Positions 7,916-17,347 of a DNA stretch of 27,811 bases are shown one piece after another. The DNA comes from a virus. Its lineage: Duplodnaviria; Caudoviricetes. The stretch spans positions 1-27,811 of IMG/VR virus record IMGVR_UViG_3300030332_000525; one strand, 5' to 3'. Every line of letters starts with the position of its first letter. Position 1 is the stretch's first letter. Position numbers and translations under genes: made by a program. Under the pieces are notes generated by a model, which was not told the origin of the DNA, searched no databases, and saw nothing but the letters and a program-made list of their open reading frames with translations.

Positions 7916-8641
7916 ATGGCAGTAAACGTAGATATAGTTTATAAAACAGTTTTATTAATCCTTAACCAACAGCAAAGAGGGTATATGACACCTGATGAAT
8001 TCAATAAAACGGCTACTCAGGTGCAATTAACTATATTTGAAGGTTACGCAAGTGATTTAAACCAACAGTATCGATTACCTGATAATGATACTGAATATGG
8101 AGATCGCGTAAAAAATATTGAACAACAATTACAGTTTTTTCAAAAATACATAAATAATGTATCCACACCTGGTGCTATAACAGGAACTAATCCTTTTACT
8201 ATAGATTTAACTGTAGTAACAGATCTTTATAGATTAGGTTCTGTAATGTATCAAGGTGTACAATTAGGACAATATTCCCAAAGAAATGAGGTAACACAAT
8301 TATTCCTTTCCCCGTTAACTCAACCTACTGAAAAATTCCCCATATATTTATATGAGTCAGGACAATTATTTGTATTTCCTAATACAATTACTACTGCTGG
8401 TGATATAAATATATCTTATTTAGCTATACCGGCTAATGTTATATGGGGTTATACAACTGGTGTATTAGGAGAATATGTTTATGCTCCAGGAGCATCAACT
8501 GATTTCCAACTTGATGTAACTGAACAAACAGAAATAATACTAAGAATACTGGCTTATGCTGGTGTTATAATACAAGATCCGTCTATAGTGCAAATGGCTT
8601 CTCAAGCTGTAGCAACTGAAGACGCTAATGAAAAAAGTTAA
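7916..8641 (+). CDS. Putative tail ring/head-tail adaptor protein
   Basis: 241 aa. Layout of N-terminal helices (GYMTPDEFNKTATQVQL), a beta middle ending ISYLAIP, and C-terminal helices fits podovirus adaptor/ring proteins; position also fits. Confidence 0.62.
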   Translation: MAVNVDIVYKTVLLILNQQQRGYMTPDEFNKTATQVQLTIFEGYASDLNQQYRLPDNDTEYGDRVKNIEQQLQFFQKYINNVSTPGAITGTNPFTIDLTVVTDLYRLGSVMYQGVQLGQYSQRNEVTQLFLSPLTQPTEKFPIYLYESGQLFVFPNTITTAGDINISYLAIPANVIWGYTTGVLGEYVYAPGASTDFQLDVTEQTEIILRILAYAGVIIQDPSIVQMASQAVATEDANEKS

Positions 8642-8647
8642 TAAAAT

Positions 8648-9916
8648 ATGGCAATTCCAGATGGTGGATTAATCACCGAAACTAATCAACAATATTACGC
8701 GGGTGCGCAGGGTTTTATTTCTACAAATCAAGATACTTTTACCTTTACATTTGATACTCAATTGGTTTTTGGTAATTGGGATCCAGCTAATGTAGATTAT
8801 GCTCTAAATAATTTTAAACTTTATGGGAGTACTAATGGTATAACTTATGAAGAAATTATTCCTGGATCTGCTTTTGCGGCTTATGGTCCTTACACTGTAA
8901 CTAACCCTGAATCCGGTGGTAGTATTGTAACTTTAGCTATAAATTTACCAGCTACCCAAGTTTTAGTGTGCCAAATGAAAACTTTAGCAGGAGGTACATT
9001 TGGAAATAGAGACGCATATGGAACTACAGTCGAACAAAATTATGGAAGCTATTCTTATACTACATTGGCTGATGTAGTTAATAATTTTCTTGTAGGATAT
9101 GTGGGAAAAGATAAATTAATACCAGATGTTAAAAGAAGCGATGTAATATTCCATGCTAAAAGAGCTTTACAAGAATTTAGTTATGATACTTTAAAAAGTG
9201 TTAAATCTCAAGAATTAAATATTCCACCTAGTTTAAGTGTAGTCTTACCTCAAGACTATGTTAATTATGTACGTATGTCCTGGATTGATCAATTAGGTGT
9301 ACAAAGAATTATATATCCTGCAAATAACTTAACAGATAATCCTTATACAATGCCTTTACAAGATAATCTTGGTGTTCCTACTCAAGATAATTTTGGAGAA
9401 AATACCCAAGGTACTTCTATAACAGAAGATAGATGGAAGACAGCTAATGTAAGTTGGATAAACCAAGATTTTAATTGGGAATTATATAACCAAGGATTAT
9501 TATGGGCTGGCTATAACTGGGGTAATGGCGGCTACTGGTATTGGGGATGGGGTGAACAATATGGAATGGAGCCTCAATATGCTCAATATAATGGATGGTT
9601 TACATTAAATGAAAGAGAAGGTAAAGTATCTTTTTCAAGTAATTTAAATGGAAGGTTAATTATCTTAGAATATCTTTCTGATGGGCTCGCCTATGATTTA
9701 GATAGTAGAATACCCAAACTAGCTGAGGCTGCCATTTATGCATGTTTAAGTCATGCAATATTATCTACAAGAATTAATCAGCCTGAATATATAGTGCAAA
9801 GATTAAAAAGAGAAGCAAGTACTAAATTAAGAAACGCTAAAATTAGATTATCTAATATTAAATTAGATGAAATAGTACAAGTAATGCGTGGAAAATCTAA
9901 ATGGATAAAACATTAA
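8648..9916 (+). CDS. Putative tail tubular/ring protein with an extra N-terminal beta domain
   Basis: 422 aa. Motifs AKRALQEF, VLPQDYVNYVRMSW, ILEYLSDG and IPKLAEAAIYA fit the P22 gp4/T7 gp11-like adaptor pattern. Precedes the stabilisation protein. Confidence 0.65.
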   Translation: MAIPDGGLITETNQQYYAGAQGFISTNQDTFTFTFDTQLVFGNWDPANVDYALNNFKLYGSTNGITYEEIIPGSAFAAYGPYTVTNPESGGSIVTLAINLPATQVLVCQMKTLAGGTFGNRDAYGTTVEQNYGSYSYTTLADVVNNFLVGYVGKDKLIPDVKRSDVIFHAKRALQEFSYDTLKSVKSQELNIPPSLSVVLPQDYVNYVRMSWIDQLGVQRIIYPANNLTDNPYTMPLQDNLGVPTQDNFGENTQGTSITEDRWKTANVSWINQDFNWELYNQGLLWAGYNWGNGGYWYWGWGEQYGMEPQYAQYNGWFTLNEREGKVSFSSNLNGRLIILEYLSDGLAYDLDSRIPKLAEAAIYACLSHAILSTRINQPEYIVQRLKREASTKLRNAKIRLSNIKLDEIVQVMRGKSKWIKH

Positions 9917-9920
9917 TTAA

Positions 9921-12900
9921 ATGCCAGAAATAAAGAATACTTTTCTAAAATCTAAGATGAATAAAGACTTAGATGATAGATTGATACCCAATGGCGAATA
10001 CAGAGATGCTGAAAATCTACAAATTAGTAGATCAGAGGGGTCTAGTGTTGGTGAATTTGAGAATATTCCTGGGAATCAATTAGTAACTAATGGCTATTTA
10101 GATACAGGAAGTATTAAAAATACTACAACAGGGGCAACAATTTCTTATGCAGGAACAGTTATTGGCCAACATACAGATGAAGCTAGTGGTAATATATTTA
10201 TTTTTAGCACTAGTTATACTGGAACAGATCAACAGCCTAGAGATATAACTGTATATACTTCTAATCCTGCTGTACCAAGTGGGGATGCTATAACTTTATG
10301 GGATGGGCCAGGCCCAGGGGCTACGCAATTAAATCCTTTGATATTAGGTATTGAAAATGGAATGTTAATACACGGACCAGCTGTGGATGGGGCTACTACA
10401 CCAGGAGATATTTATGTTACAGCCGTTACTAATACTGATATACGATTAAGTTGGAATCCTGGTGGTATTGGAAACTGGCCAATTGGTACTGCTCTTGTTA
10501 TTGGATGGTGTAATACTATTCATAGATGGAACGTAGATGGTACCTTAGATTTATTAGTTAGAGGCAGTTTTCTTAATTTTAGCACTCAATCAAAAATATA
10601 CGGAACTAATTTAATAGAAGGATTATTATTTTGGACAGATAATAGAAACCAACCTAGAAGAATAAATGTAGATTCAGCTATAGCTAATGGTGTTACATAT
10701 TATACTTTAGAAGATCAAATATCTGTAGCTAAATATTATCCTTATGAAGTACCTTTAGTTTTAGATGAAAATATATTAGGAATAACAGCAGGAGCGTTAC
10801 CGGGAGGATTATTAAGAGGTTATATTTTAACAATGGCTGATACTACAGGTATTAAAATTGGAGATATTGTAACAGGATTTCCCGGACAAGGTGCACAAGA
10901 ATTATGGGAAGTTATAACAATTGTAACTAACACTTCAGTTACTATTTATAATAATTTTATTAATGCAGCCCCAGGAACTTATAATGGAACTGATAATATA
11001 AATATTACATTTTCGCGTTCCACAATGACTAATGAAAGTGAAATAAGACAAGAAAATGGATTTAATACTACTTATACAGGTGCGCCAGGGGCTGTTGCTG
11101 CAGGTGCTGCATTTCAAGTAGATTATTCTTATAATAATATAGCTGCTGACCCTACTCCTCAACCCACCCCTAAAGTAGGAGATTATATTACTAGTACTGC
11201 AATAGGGATTACTATAGCCGATGAAATAATTATACAATCTATAACCTCTATAGCTACCCCGGGTAATATGGTAATAACTTTAACAAAAGCTACTCCCGTT
11301 GCTGCTGTAGGTGATGATGTTATTATTTCAGCTAATCCAAATTATGATAATACATTTACAGGGGATCCAGATTTAATAGAAGAAAAATTTGTAAGATTTA
11401 GTTATAGATTTAAATTTGTAGATAATGAATATTCTTTATCTGCCCCTTTTAGTCAAATATGTTTTATTCCTAAACAAGAAGGTGTTTTTGGTGGTGGACC
11501 AAATGAAAGTGGACAAGATATGATTGATACTTATACTTCTACTATTATAGGTTGGTTTGAAAATAGAGTTAACAATATTCGTTTAAAAATTCCATTACCT
11601 CAAGGGGGAATTGATCCCATAACCGCCTTAGCCTCATTAGAAGACGATTATCAAGTAGAAGCTATAGAAATTTTATATAGAGAATCAGATGGATTATCTA
11701 CTAAAATATTAGAATCATTAAGTGTTGCAGAAGATATAAAAACTGTTGATATCTCCCCTATACCTAATACAAGTACTACCCAATTTTATTATACATTTGA
11801 TTATAAATCTGTAAAACCTTATAAAACATTACCTACAAATCAAGAAACTAGAGTATATGATAAAGTCCCTATTAAAGCTTTAGCCCAAGAAGTAATTGCT
11901 AATCGAGTAACTTATGGAAATTTTGTAGAAAATCATACTCCACCATCATCTTTAGACTATAGTGCTTCATATAATAATAAGTCTTTAATCTATAATAATT
12001 ATGTTCAATATCCTAATCATTCTGTAAAACAAAATAGGAATTATCAAGTTGGATTTATTTTAGGAGATAGATATGGAAGACAGTCTAGTATTATTTTATC
12101 TTCTAATGATAACAACCCTGCAGCTAATGGATCTACGGTTTATGTACCTTATAAAGATTGGACTGATGTACAAACTAGTGCTTTAAGTACTTATGAATGG
12201 CTTGGGAGTTGTTTAAGAGTAATTGTAAATAATGGAATAACCCAAACAACTAAAAACACTCAAACAGGTGAACCAGGATTATACAAAGCTTACGTGGATA
12301 CTGAAGTAGATAATTTTACTATTAGCAATGGAGGCGCTGGTTATGGAGTGGGAGATTCATGTACTACGGCTTACCCGGCTGGTAGTGTGGGATTAGGCAG
12401 TGGGTTTACTTTTGATGTACTTACAGTGGCGGCTGGAGTTATAACTGGTATTACAATAACTAATCGTGGAAGTGGATATGCAAATGGACAGCTTTTAAAT
12501 GTGGTTGGGGGATTAGGAGCTGGTGCAACTATTACAGTGACAGTAAACCCTGTAAATGTATTAGGATGGCAATCATATAAATTTGCAATAAAACAACAAG
12601 AACAAGAATATTATAATGTATATTTACCTGGATTTGTTTCAGGTTATCCTGTAATCCAACCTATTGAAAGAGGAAGACTTGCGGGGGCAATTTTATTAAG
12701 CGATAATATTAATAAAGTACCAAGAGAGTTAAATGAAGTTGGCCCTTTACAAAATGAATTTTCTGCTTCGGTAGAATTATATGGAAGAGTAAATAATCCT
12801 AATATAAATAATAGAAATGCCCCAGCGGGTAGTTATCACAGTAACCGTACTTTACCCTGGAATACTCAATATTTTCCTGGTAGAATTGCAGATGAAGCAT

Positions 12901-14768
12901 ATATAACTGGTCCTGTTGGAAAAGATGGTTTAGAATTAGCTAATTCTCCTTTTGATGCTACTGCAATACTTGGCGCTTTTGATAACGCAAGTACACCCCC
13001 TCAACTTCCATGGGGAACTGCTGGTGCAGAACAAAGTTTTTATAATGTAGAACAAAATCCTTTAGCAACAGGAATAAAAGTTGGTGCAGAAGAATCACAA
13101 CCACAGCTAGATACAGTAGTTTTAACTACTTTAGGTGCTAAAGTTACAACTAATCCTATCCCGGTTGTAGGGGCTAATACAGGATGTATGGTACCTTTTT
13201 TAAGTGTATCTGAAACCGCCCCGGTTGAAAGTGAAATAGAAATCTTTTGGGAATCTTCTACTAGTGGTGATTTTGTAGAATTAAATAAAGCAGTCCTTGC
13301 AGACTATGTTGGGGTAAGTGGGGTTTCTGCTACAAGCGGTTCTTTTAACGAAGATGATACAGTTAGTCCAGTTACTCAAATTTTAACTAATTTTAAATTC
13401 CAAGATAGCGCAGGAAATAATTTAACATTAGATGGTGTTCCAGTTGTTATACAAGTTTTAGATAATAATGGTAATGACGTTACAAGTTCTAATCTTTTTA
13501 TATTACAACAATATGCGCCAGGCGTCGCTAATAGAGATTGGGAAATAATTCTTAATGATTTATTTTGGTATGGTGCCCCAAGTTTAACTAAAGCAACTAG
13601 CTGGAGTATCAGTGTACAAACTAGTGATGGCGCAGGAACTTATCTAGACACATTAACTAACGCTATAACTCTTAGTTTAAATAATATTATTCCTACTAAT
13701 TTACAATTTGTAAGTACATTGGATGCAACTGTATGGGTTACAACAAATACTGTAATTCCAAGTTTTCTTCCTTCTGTTACTAATTTAGGAACATTTAGTG
13801 GTAAAAACGGTTCAGCAGATATAGTTAATGATACTCAAGAATTATGTTGGACATTAACTTTAATAGCCGACCCCGTGGGTTCTACTGCAGTTTTTGCAAT
13901 AGATGGAACAACTGGTGTAGTAACTAAAACCTCAGGAACATTAGTTAATGGAACTTATACTATACGTGGCACTTTAACAGATGCAGCTCCGGCATGTGTA
14001 GCTTCTGCTGAAAGTTTATCAGCGGATTGTGATATTAATTTTACTATAGGAACTCCCGATACTGATCAAGCTATTTGTTTTGGAGAAACAAGCGCTATGG
14101 CTGCATTAGATACTTCTTGTGCTGCCGGTACAGGTTTGCCTTTAGAAGTATTTTTTGGAGTAAGTGGAAATGTAACTAATGGAACTGCAATTGCAGTAAT
14201 AGGAAGTGAAACTGATGCATATCTTTCTACATTACCTGCCCCAGCTGGGAGTGGTAGCACAAGCTATACTACAACTTCAGCGGGAGGGGCAAATTTAAGA
14301 TATTATAATGTTAAGACTGCGGCAATAGCGGGGTGGACAGCTCCACTTTATTGTTTCCCTGGTCCTGCACCTGCTTTTACCACAGGAGCCTTAAGTCAAG
14401 GAATAATGACTGTTATTGTTAAATTAGAAAAAGCTATTACAGCAACTTCTGCAGATTTCCAAACAAATTTTACAATATTATATAGAGCTAATTCTGGAGT
14501 TGCATGGCAATTAGCTACAGATTCAAGTTCGGTAGTGGTTGGTAATTTTAATGCATTAAATGTAACTGGTACTGCGGTAGATACAGATTCATTAACTTAT
14601 CAATTTGATACTCCAGGTGAATATGCAGTTAGAACTAACGGGGTTCAAAATATTGGGAGTCCTGGATGTGGGTTATATCCAACAGCCCCTTCTGTTACAG
14701 TAGAGTTTTACGATAGTACTACAGGGGTAACAGCTAATCCTTGTGTAGATTGTACCGGACCACTGTAA
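9921..14768 (+). CDS. Tail stabilisation/nozzle (muzzle)-like protein, N-terminal part, with inserted beta-domains and a cadherin/Ig-like, Cys-rich C-terminus
   Basis: The N-terminus NTFLKSKMNKDLDDRLIPNGEYRDAEN is typical of P22 gp10/T7 gp12-like stabilisation proteins. Core-like blocks (LLFWTDNRNQPRRIN, FSYRFKFVDNEYSLSAPF, PIKALAQEVIANRVTYGNF) alternate with T/G/A/P-rich inserts. Confidence 0.72.
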   Translation: MPEIKNTFLKSKMNKDLDDRLIPNGEYRDAENLQISRSEGSSVGEFENIPGNQLVTNGYLDTGSIKNTTTGATISYAGTVIGQHTDEASGNIFIFSTSYTGTDQQPRDITVYTSNPAVPSGDAITLWDGPGPGATQLNPLILGIENGMLIHGPAVDGATTPGDIYVTAVTNTDIRLSWNPGGIGNWPIGTALVIGWCNTIHRWNVDGTLDLLVRGSFLNFSTQSKIYGTNLIEGLLFWTDNRNQPRRINVDSAIANGVTYYTLEDQISVAKYYPYEVPLVLDENILGITAGALPGGLLRGYILTMADTTGIKIGDIVTGFPGQGAQELWEVITIVTNTSVTIYNNFINAAPGTYNGTDNINITFSRSTMTNESEIRQENGFNTTYTGAPGAVAAGAAFQVDYSYNNIAADPTPQPTPKVGDYITSTAIGITIADEIIIQSITSIATPGNMVITLTKATPVAAVGDDVIISANPNYDNTFTGDPDLIEEKFVRFSYRFKFVDNEYSLSAPFSQICFIPKQEGVFGGGPNESGQDMIDTYTSTIIGWFENRVNNIRLKIPLPQGGIDPITALASLEDDYQVEAIEILYRESDGLSTKILESLSVAEDIKTVDISPIPNTSTTQFYYTFDYKSVKPYKTLPTNQETRVYDKVPIKALAQEVIANRVTYGNFVENHTPPSSLDYSASYNNKSLIYNNYVQYPNHSVKQNRNYQVGFILGDRYGRQSSIILSSNDNNPAANGSTVYVPYKDWTDVQTSALSTYEWLGSCLRVIVNNGITQTTKNTQTGEPGLYKAYVDTEVDNFTISNGGAGYGVGDSCTTAYPAGSVGLGSGFTFDVLTVAAGVITGITITNRGSGYANGQLLNVVGGLGAGATITVTVNPVNVLGWQSYKFAIKQQEQEYYNVYLPGFVSGYPVIQPIERGRLAGAILLSDNINKVPRELNEVGPLQNEFSASVELYGRVNNPNINNRNAPAGSYHSNRTLPWNTQYFPGRIADEAYITGPVGKDGLELANSPFDATAILGAFDNASTPPQLPWGTAGAEQSFYNVEQNPLATGIKVGAEESQPQLDTVVLTTLGAKVTTNPIPVVGANTGCMVPFLSVSETAPVESEIEIFWESSTSGDFVELNKAVLADYVGVSGVSATSGSFNEDDTVSPVTQILTNFKFQDSAGNNLTLDGVPVVIQVLDNNGNDVTSSNLFILQQYAPGVANRDWEIILNDLFWYGAPSLTKATSWSISVQTSDGAGTYLDTLTNAITLSLNNIIPTNLQFVSTLDATVWVTTNTVIPSFLPSVTNLGTFSGKNGSADIVNDTQELCWTLTLIADPVGSTAVFAIDGTTGVVTKTSGTLVNGTYTIRGTLTDAAPACVASAESLSADCDINFTIGTPDTDQAICFGETSAMAALDTSCAAGTGLPLEVFFGVSGNVTNGTAIAVIGSETDAYLSTLPAPAGSGSTSYTTTSAGGANLRYYNVKTAAIAGWTAPLYCFPGPAPAFTTGALSQGIMTVIVKLEKAITATSADFQTNFTILYRANSGVAWQLATDSSSVVVGNFNALNVTGTAVDTDSLTYQFDTPGEYAVRTNGVQNIGSPGCGLYPTAPSVTVEFYDSTTGVTANPCVDCTGPL

Positions 14769-14797
14769 TAATAAACAAAAATAAGTAATAATAATAT

Positions 14798-16174
14798 ATG
14801 GCAACCACTCTAGAATTATCATATTTTAACACTTTTTGGTTAAAGAGACTTAAGAATTATACTCAGTATAAAGAATTCGATGCAACTGGTGGCGGTGGTA
14901 TTACCGCGGGAGTTGTACCATATATAGCAACTAATGTATATGAAGATTGGTTTGTAGAAGAGGCTAGAATAAGAGGTGGTTATAATAATACTTCAGTTAA
15001 TTTTGGGGCGAAAGCATATTTAGTAGAAGATGAACCTCAACAACAAACTTTTAAAAATAGATTAATATATTCTGGAATAATAAATTCTCGAACAGGTGTT
15101 AATAATACTAATCAATTTCCAATAGGTGAAGATATAACTAGAGGTGTAGACCCAAGATCTGGTAGTATACAAAAATTATATGCTGAAAATACCAACCTAC
15201 TAGTATTCCAAGAAAAGAAAGTTAATAGAGCATTAATAGATAAAGATGCTATTTATACAGCTGAGGGACAACCTGTAACAGCTAGCACTAATTTAGTTAT
15301 TGGACAAATAACACCTTTTGAAGGAAATTTTGGAATATCTAGAGATCCAGGATCTTTTGCTGTACATGGTTATAATAAATATTTTACTGATAGAGATAAT
15401 TCTGCAGTATTAAAACTAGGGGCTAGTGGTATAGAACAAATATCTAACTTTGGAATGATTGATTATTTCAGAGATACATTAGCACAAGATGGTGATATAA
15501 TAGGAGGTTACGATATATATAATAAAAATTATGTTATTACTTTAGGTAATCCTCAAGTAACAATAGCTTATGATGAATTAATTAATGGTTTTACTAGTTT
15601 CTTTGATTATATTCCACAATTAAGTACAAGTTGTTTAGGAAGATATATAACTTTCCAAAATAATGGAATATGGCAACATTATATAAATACTTTATATAAT
15701 AATTTTTATGAAATTCAATATGGATCAAGTGTAACATTTGTATTTAATCCAGACCCTGTTAGAATGAAAACTTTTAAAACTATCAGTTATGAAGGTAGTA
15801 ATGGATGGGAAGTACCGGCTAGTAGTTTTGTTTCTGATATAACCGGTATAGATTCAAATCCACAAGAACCAGCATTGGGAGATACAAGTTATACAGATAG
15901 TGTAGGTAGAATATATAGTTATGATGAAGGATTTTATACAGATCCAGTTACTCAAATAGAATATAGGGCAGGATTTGATAGAAAACAAAATACATATTAT
16001 GCAGCATTAAAAAATAACTCTCCAGCAAGAGCTATGGAGGTTATATTTGATGCCGCGCAAGAAACAGGTATAAAAGCATTTTATGCAACAGTAAAATTAC
16101 AAACAGATGCAACTACAGACCCAACAGGGCCTAAAGAATTATTTGCAGTAGGTAGTAATTACAATAGAAGATAA
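14798..16174 (+). CDS. Tail stabilisation/nozzle-like protein, C-terminal beta-propeller part
   Basis: 458 aa. Propeller-like blocks (GSIQKLY, LLVFQEKKV, FGISRDPGSFA, KYFTDRDNSAVLKL, GGYDIYNKNYVIT, FTSFFDYIP) and KTFKTISYEG resemble the C-terminal half of gp10-like proteins. Confidence 0.68.
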   Translation: MATTLELSYFNTFWLKRLKNYTQYKEFDATGGGGITAGVVPYIATNVYEDWFVEEARIRGGYNNTSVNFGAKAYLVEDEPQQQTFKNRLIYSGIINSRTGVNNTNQFPIGEDITRGVDPRSGSIQKLYAENTNLLVFQEKKVNRALIDKDAIYTAEGQPVTASTNLVIGQITPFEGNFGISRDPGSFAVHGYNKYFTDRDNSAVLKLGASGIEQISNFGMIDYFRDTLAQDGDIIGGYDIYNKNYVITLGNPQVTIAYDELINGFTSFFDYIPQLSTSCLGRYITFQNNGIWQHYINTLYNNFYEIQYGSSVTFVFNPDPVRMKTFKTISYEGSNGWEVPASSFVSDITGIDSNPQEPALGDTSYTDSVGRIYSYDEGFYTDPVTQIEYRAGFDRKQNTYYAALKNNSPARAMEVIFDAAQETGIKAFYATVKLQTDATTDPTGPKELFAVGSNYNRR

Positions 16175-16179
16175 ATTAT

Positions 16180-16587
16180 ATGAAATTAAATATTAGAAAA
16201 CTAAAGAAATCTGATTGGGATACTTTGGTTAAATGGTGGGGAAGTTGGCCTAAATGGACAACTCCTCCAAGAGATTTTATGCCCGGTAGTGGCACAAGTG
16301 GATTAATAGTAGAAAAAGATAAACAGCCTATAGTAGCTGGATTTCTTTATTTTACTAATTCTGATGCAGTATTATTAGAATGGATAATATCTAATCCTGA
16401 ATATAGAGATAAAGATAGAAAAAAAGCAATAGAACTTTTAATAAATACAGCAGAGGGGATGTGTAAACAAGCAGGTAAAAAGCGTATGTTTTCAATTGGT
16501 AGAAATAAAAGTTTAATAGAAATACATAAAAAATTAGGATGGTCAGTAGATCCCGACCCTTCTTATGAAATAATTAAAAATATATAA
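16180..16587 (+). CDS. GNAT-fold acetyltransferase-like protein
   Basis: 135 aa. IRKL start, GLIVEKD..IVAG strand pair, motif A-like LEWIISNPEYRDKDRKKAIELLI, motif B-like SLIEIHKKLGW. Confidence 0.78.
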   Translation: MKLNIRKLKKSDWDTLVKWWGSWPKWTTPPRDFMPGSGTSGLIVEKDKQPIVAGFLYFTNSDAVLLEWIISNPEYRDKDRKKAIELLINTAEGMCKQAGKKRMFSIGRNKSLIEIHKKLGWSVDPDPSYEIIKNI

Positions 16588-16589
16588 AT

Positions 16590-17324
16590 ATGGGAGCAGC
16601 AACAATAATTGCGGCAGTTGCATTAACTACGGCTGTAGTCTCTGGAGCAGTAGCGGCCGGTAAAGCACATAAAGCTAAGAGAAGAGCAAGAAACGCTAAA
16701 CAAGAAGCTAAGTTCCAAATGGAAGCAGCAGTACGTGATAGACAAGATATTATAAATCCTTATGCGGGAATAACTGATTTATCTGGATTAGCTAGTGATT
16801 TGTCTAGCCAAATAACTAATCCATTTAATAATTTACAAGTATCAACAGCTGCAGCTGAAATGCAAGCTGAAGAAGCTGATATTGCTTTGGCTAATACTTT
16901 AGATACTTTAGAAATGACTGGGGCAAGTGCTGGAGGAGCAACTGCTTTAGCAATGGCCGCATTAAAATCTAAAAAAGATGTTGCTACAAGTATTGAAGAA
17001 CAAGAAGCTAAAAATGCAGAGTTAAAAGCAAGAGGAGAACAACATGCTATTGATGCCAGAGTAACTGCAACAGAAAGATACCAAGACGTTACTATAGAAG
17101 AAGGGGCAAGAGCAGAGGATGCTGCGACCCAAGGAGAAATATTTCAATTTCAAGCACAAGAGGCCAGAACTAATAATGATATTGCTAGATATCAAAGTAT
17201 GTATCAAGGATTTGCTGCACAACAAAATAATGCAGAAATAGCACAAGCTCAAGCATGGACTCAAGTAGCAGCATCGGCTGGAAGTATTGGCTCAGCAGCT
17301 GGAGGACAAATTACTCCAGATTAG
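16590..17324 (+). CDS. Putative small ejection/internal virion protein (T7 gp14/P22 gp7-like position)
   Basis: Ala/Gly-rich hydrophobic N-terminus followed by a basic patch (KAHKAKRRAR), an Ala/Gln helical body and a Gly/Ala-rich C-terminus. Follows the GNAT gene. Confidence 0.65.
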   Translation: MGAATIIAAVALTTAVVSGAVAAGKAHKAKRRARNAKQEAKFQMEAAVRDRQDIINPYAGITDLSGLASDLSSQITNPFNNLQVSTAAAEMQAEEADIALANTLDTLEMTGASAGGATALAMAALKSKKDVATSIEEQEAKNAELKARGEQHAIDARVTATERYQDVTIEEGARAEDAATQGEIFQFQAQEARTNNDIARYQSMYQGFAAQQNNAEIAQAQAWTQVAASAGSIGSAAGGQITPD

Positions 17325-17347
17325 ATGGAATTTAAAAGAAGATAATA

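Noticed and set aside
12328-12396. +1 ORF in the GC-richer GxGY insert
   Set aside because: Only 22 codons and it does not span the anomaly; Gly-rich composition or recent acquisition explains the GC.
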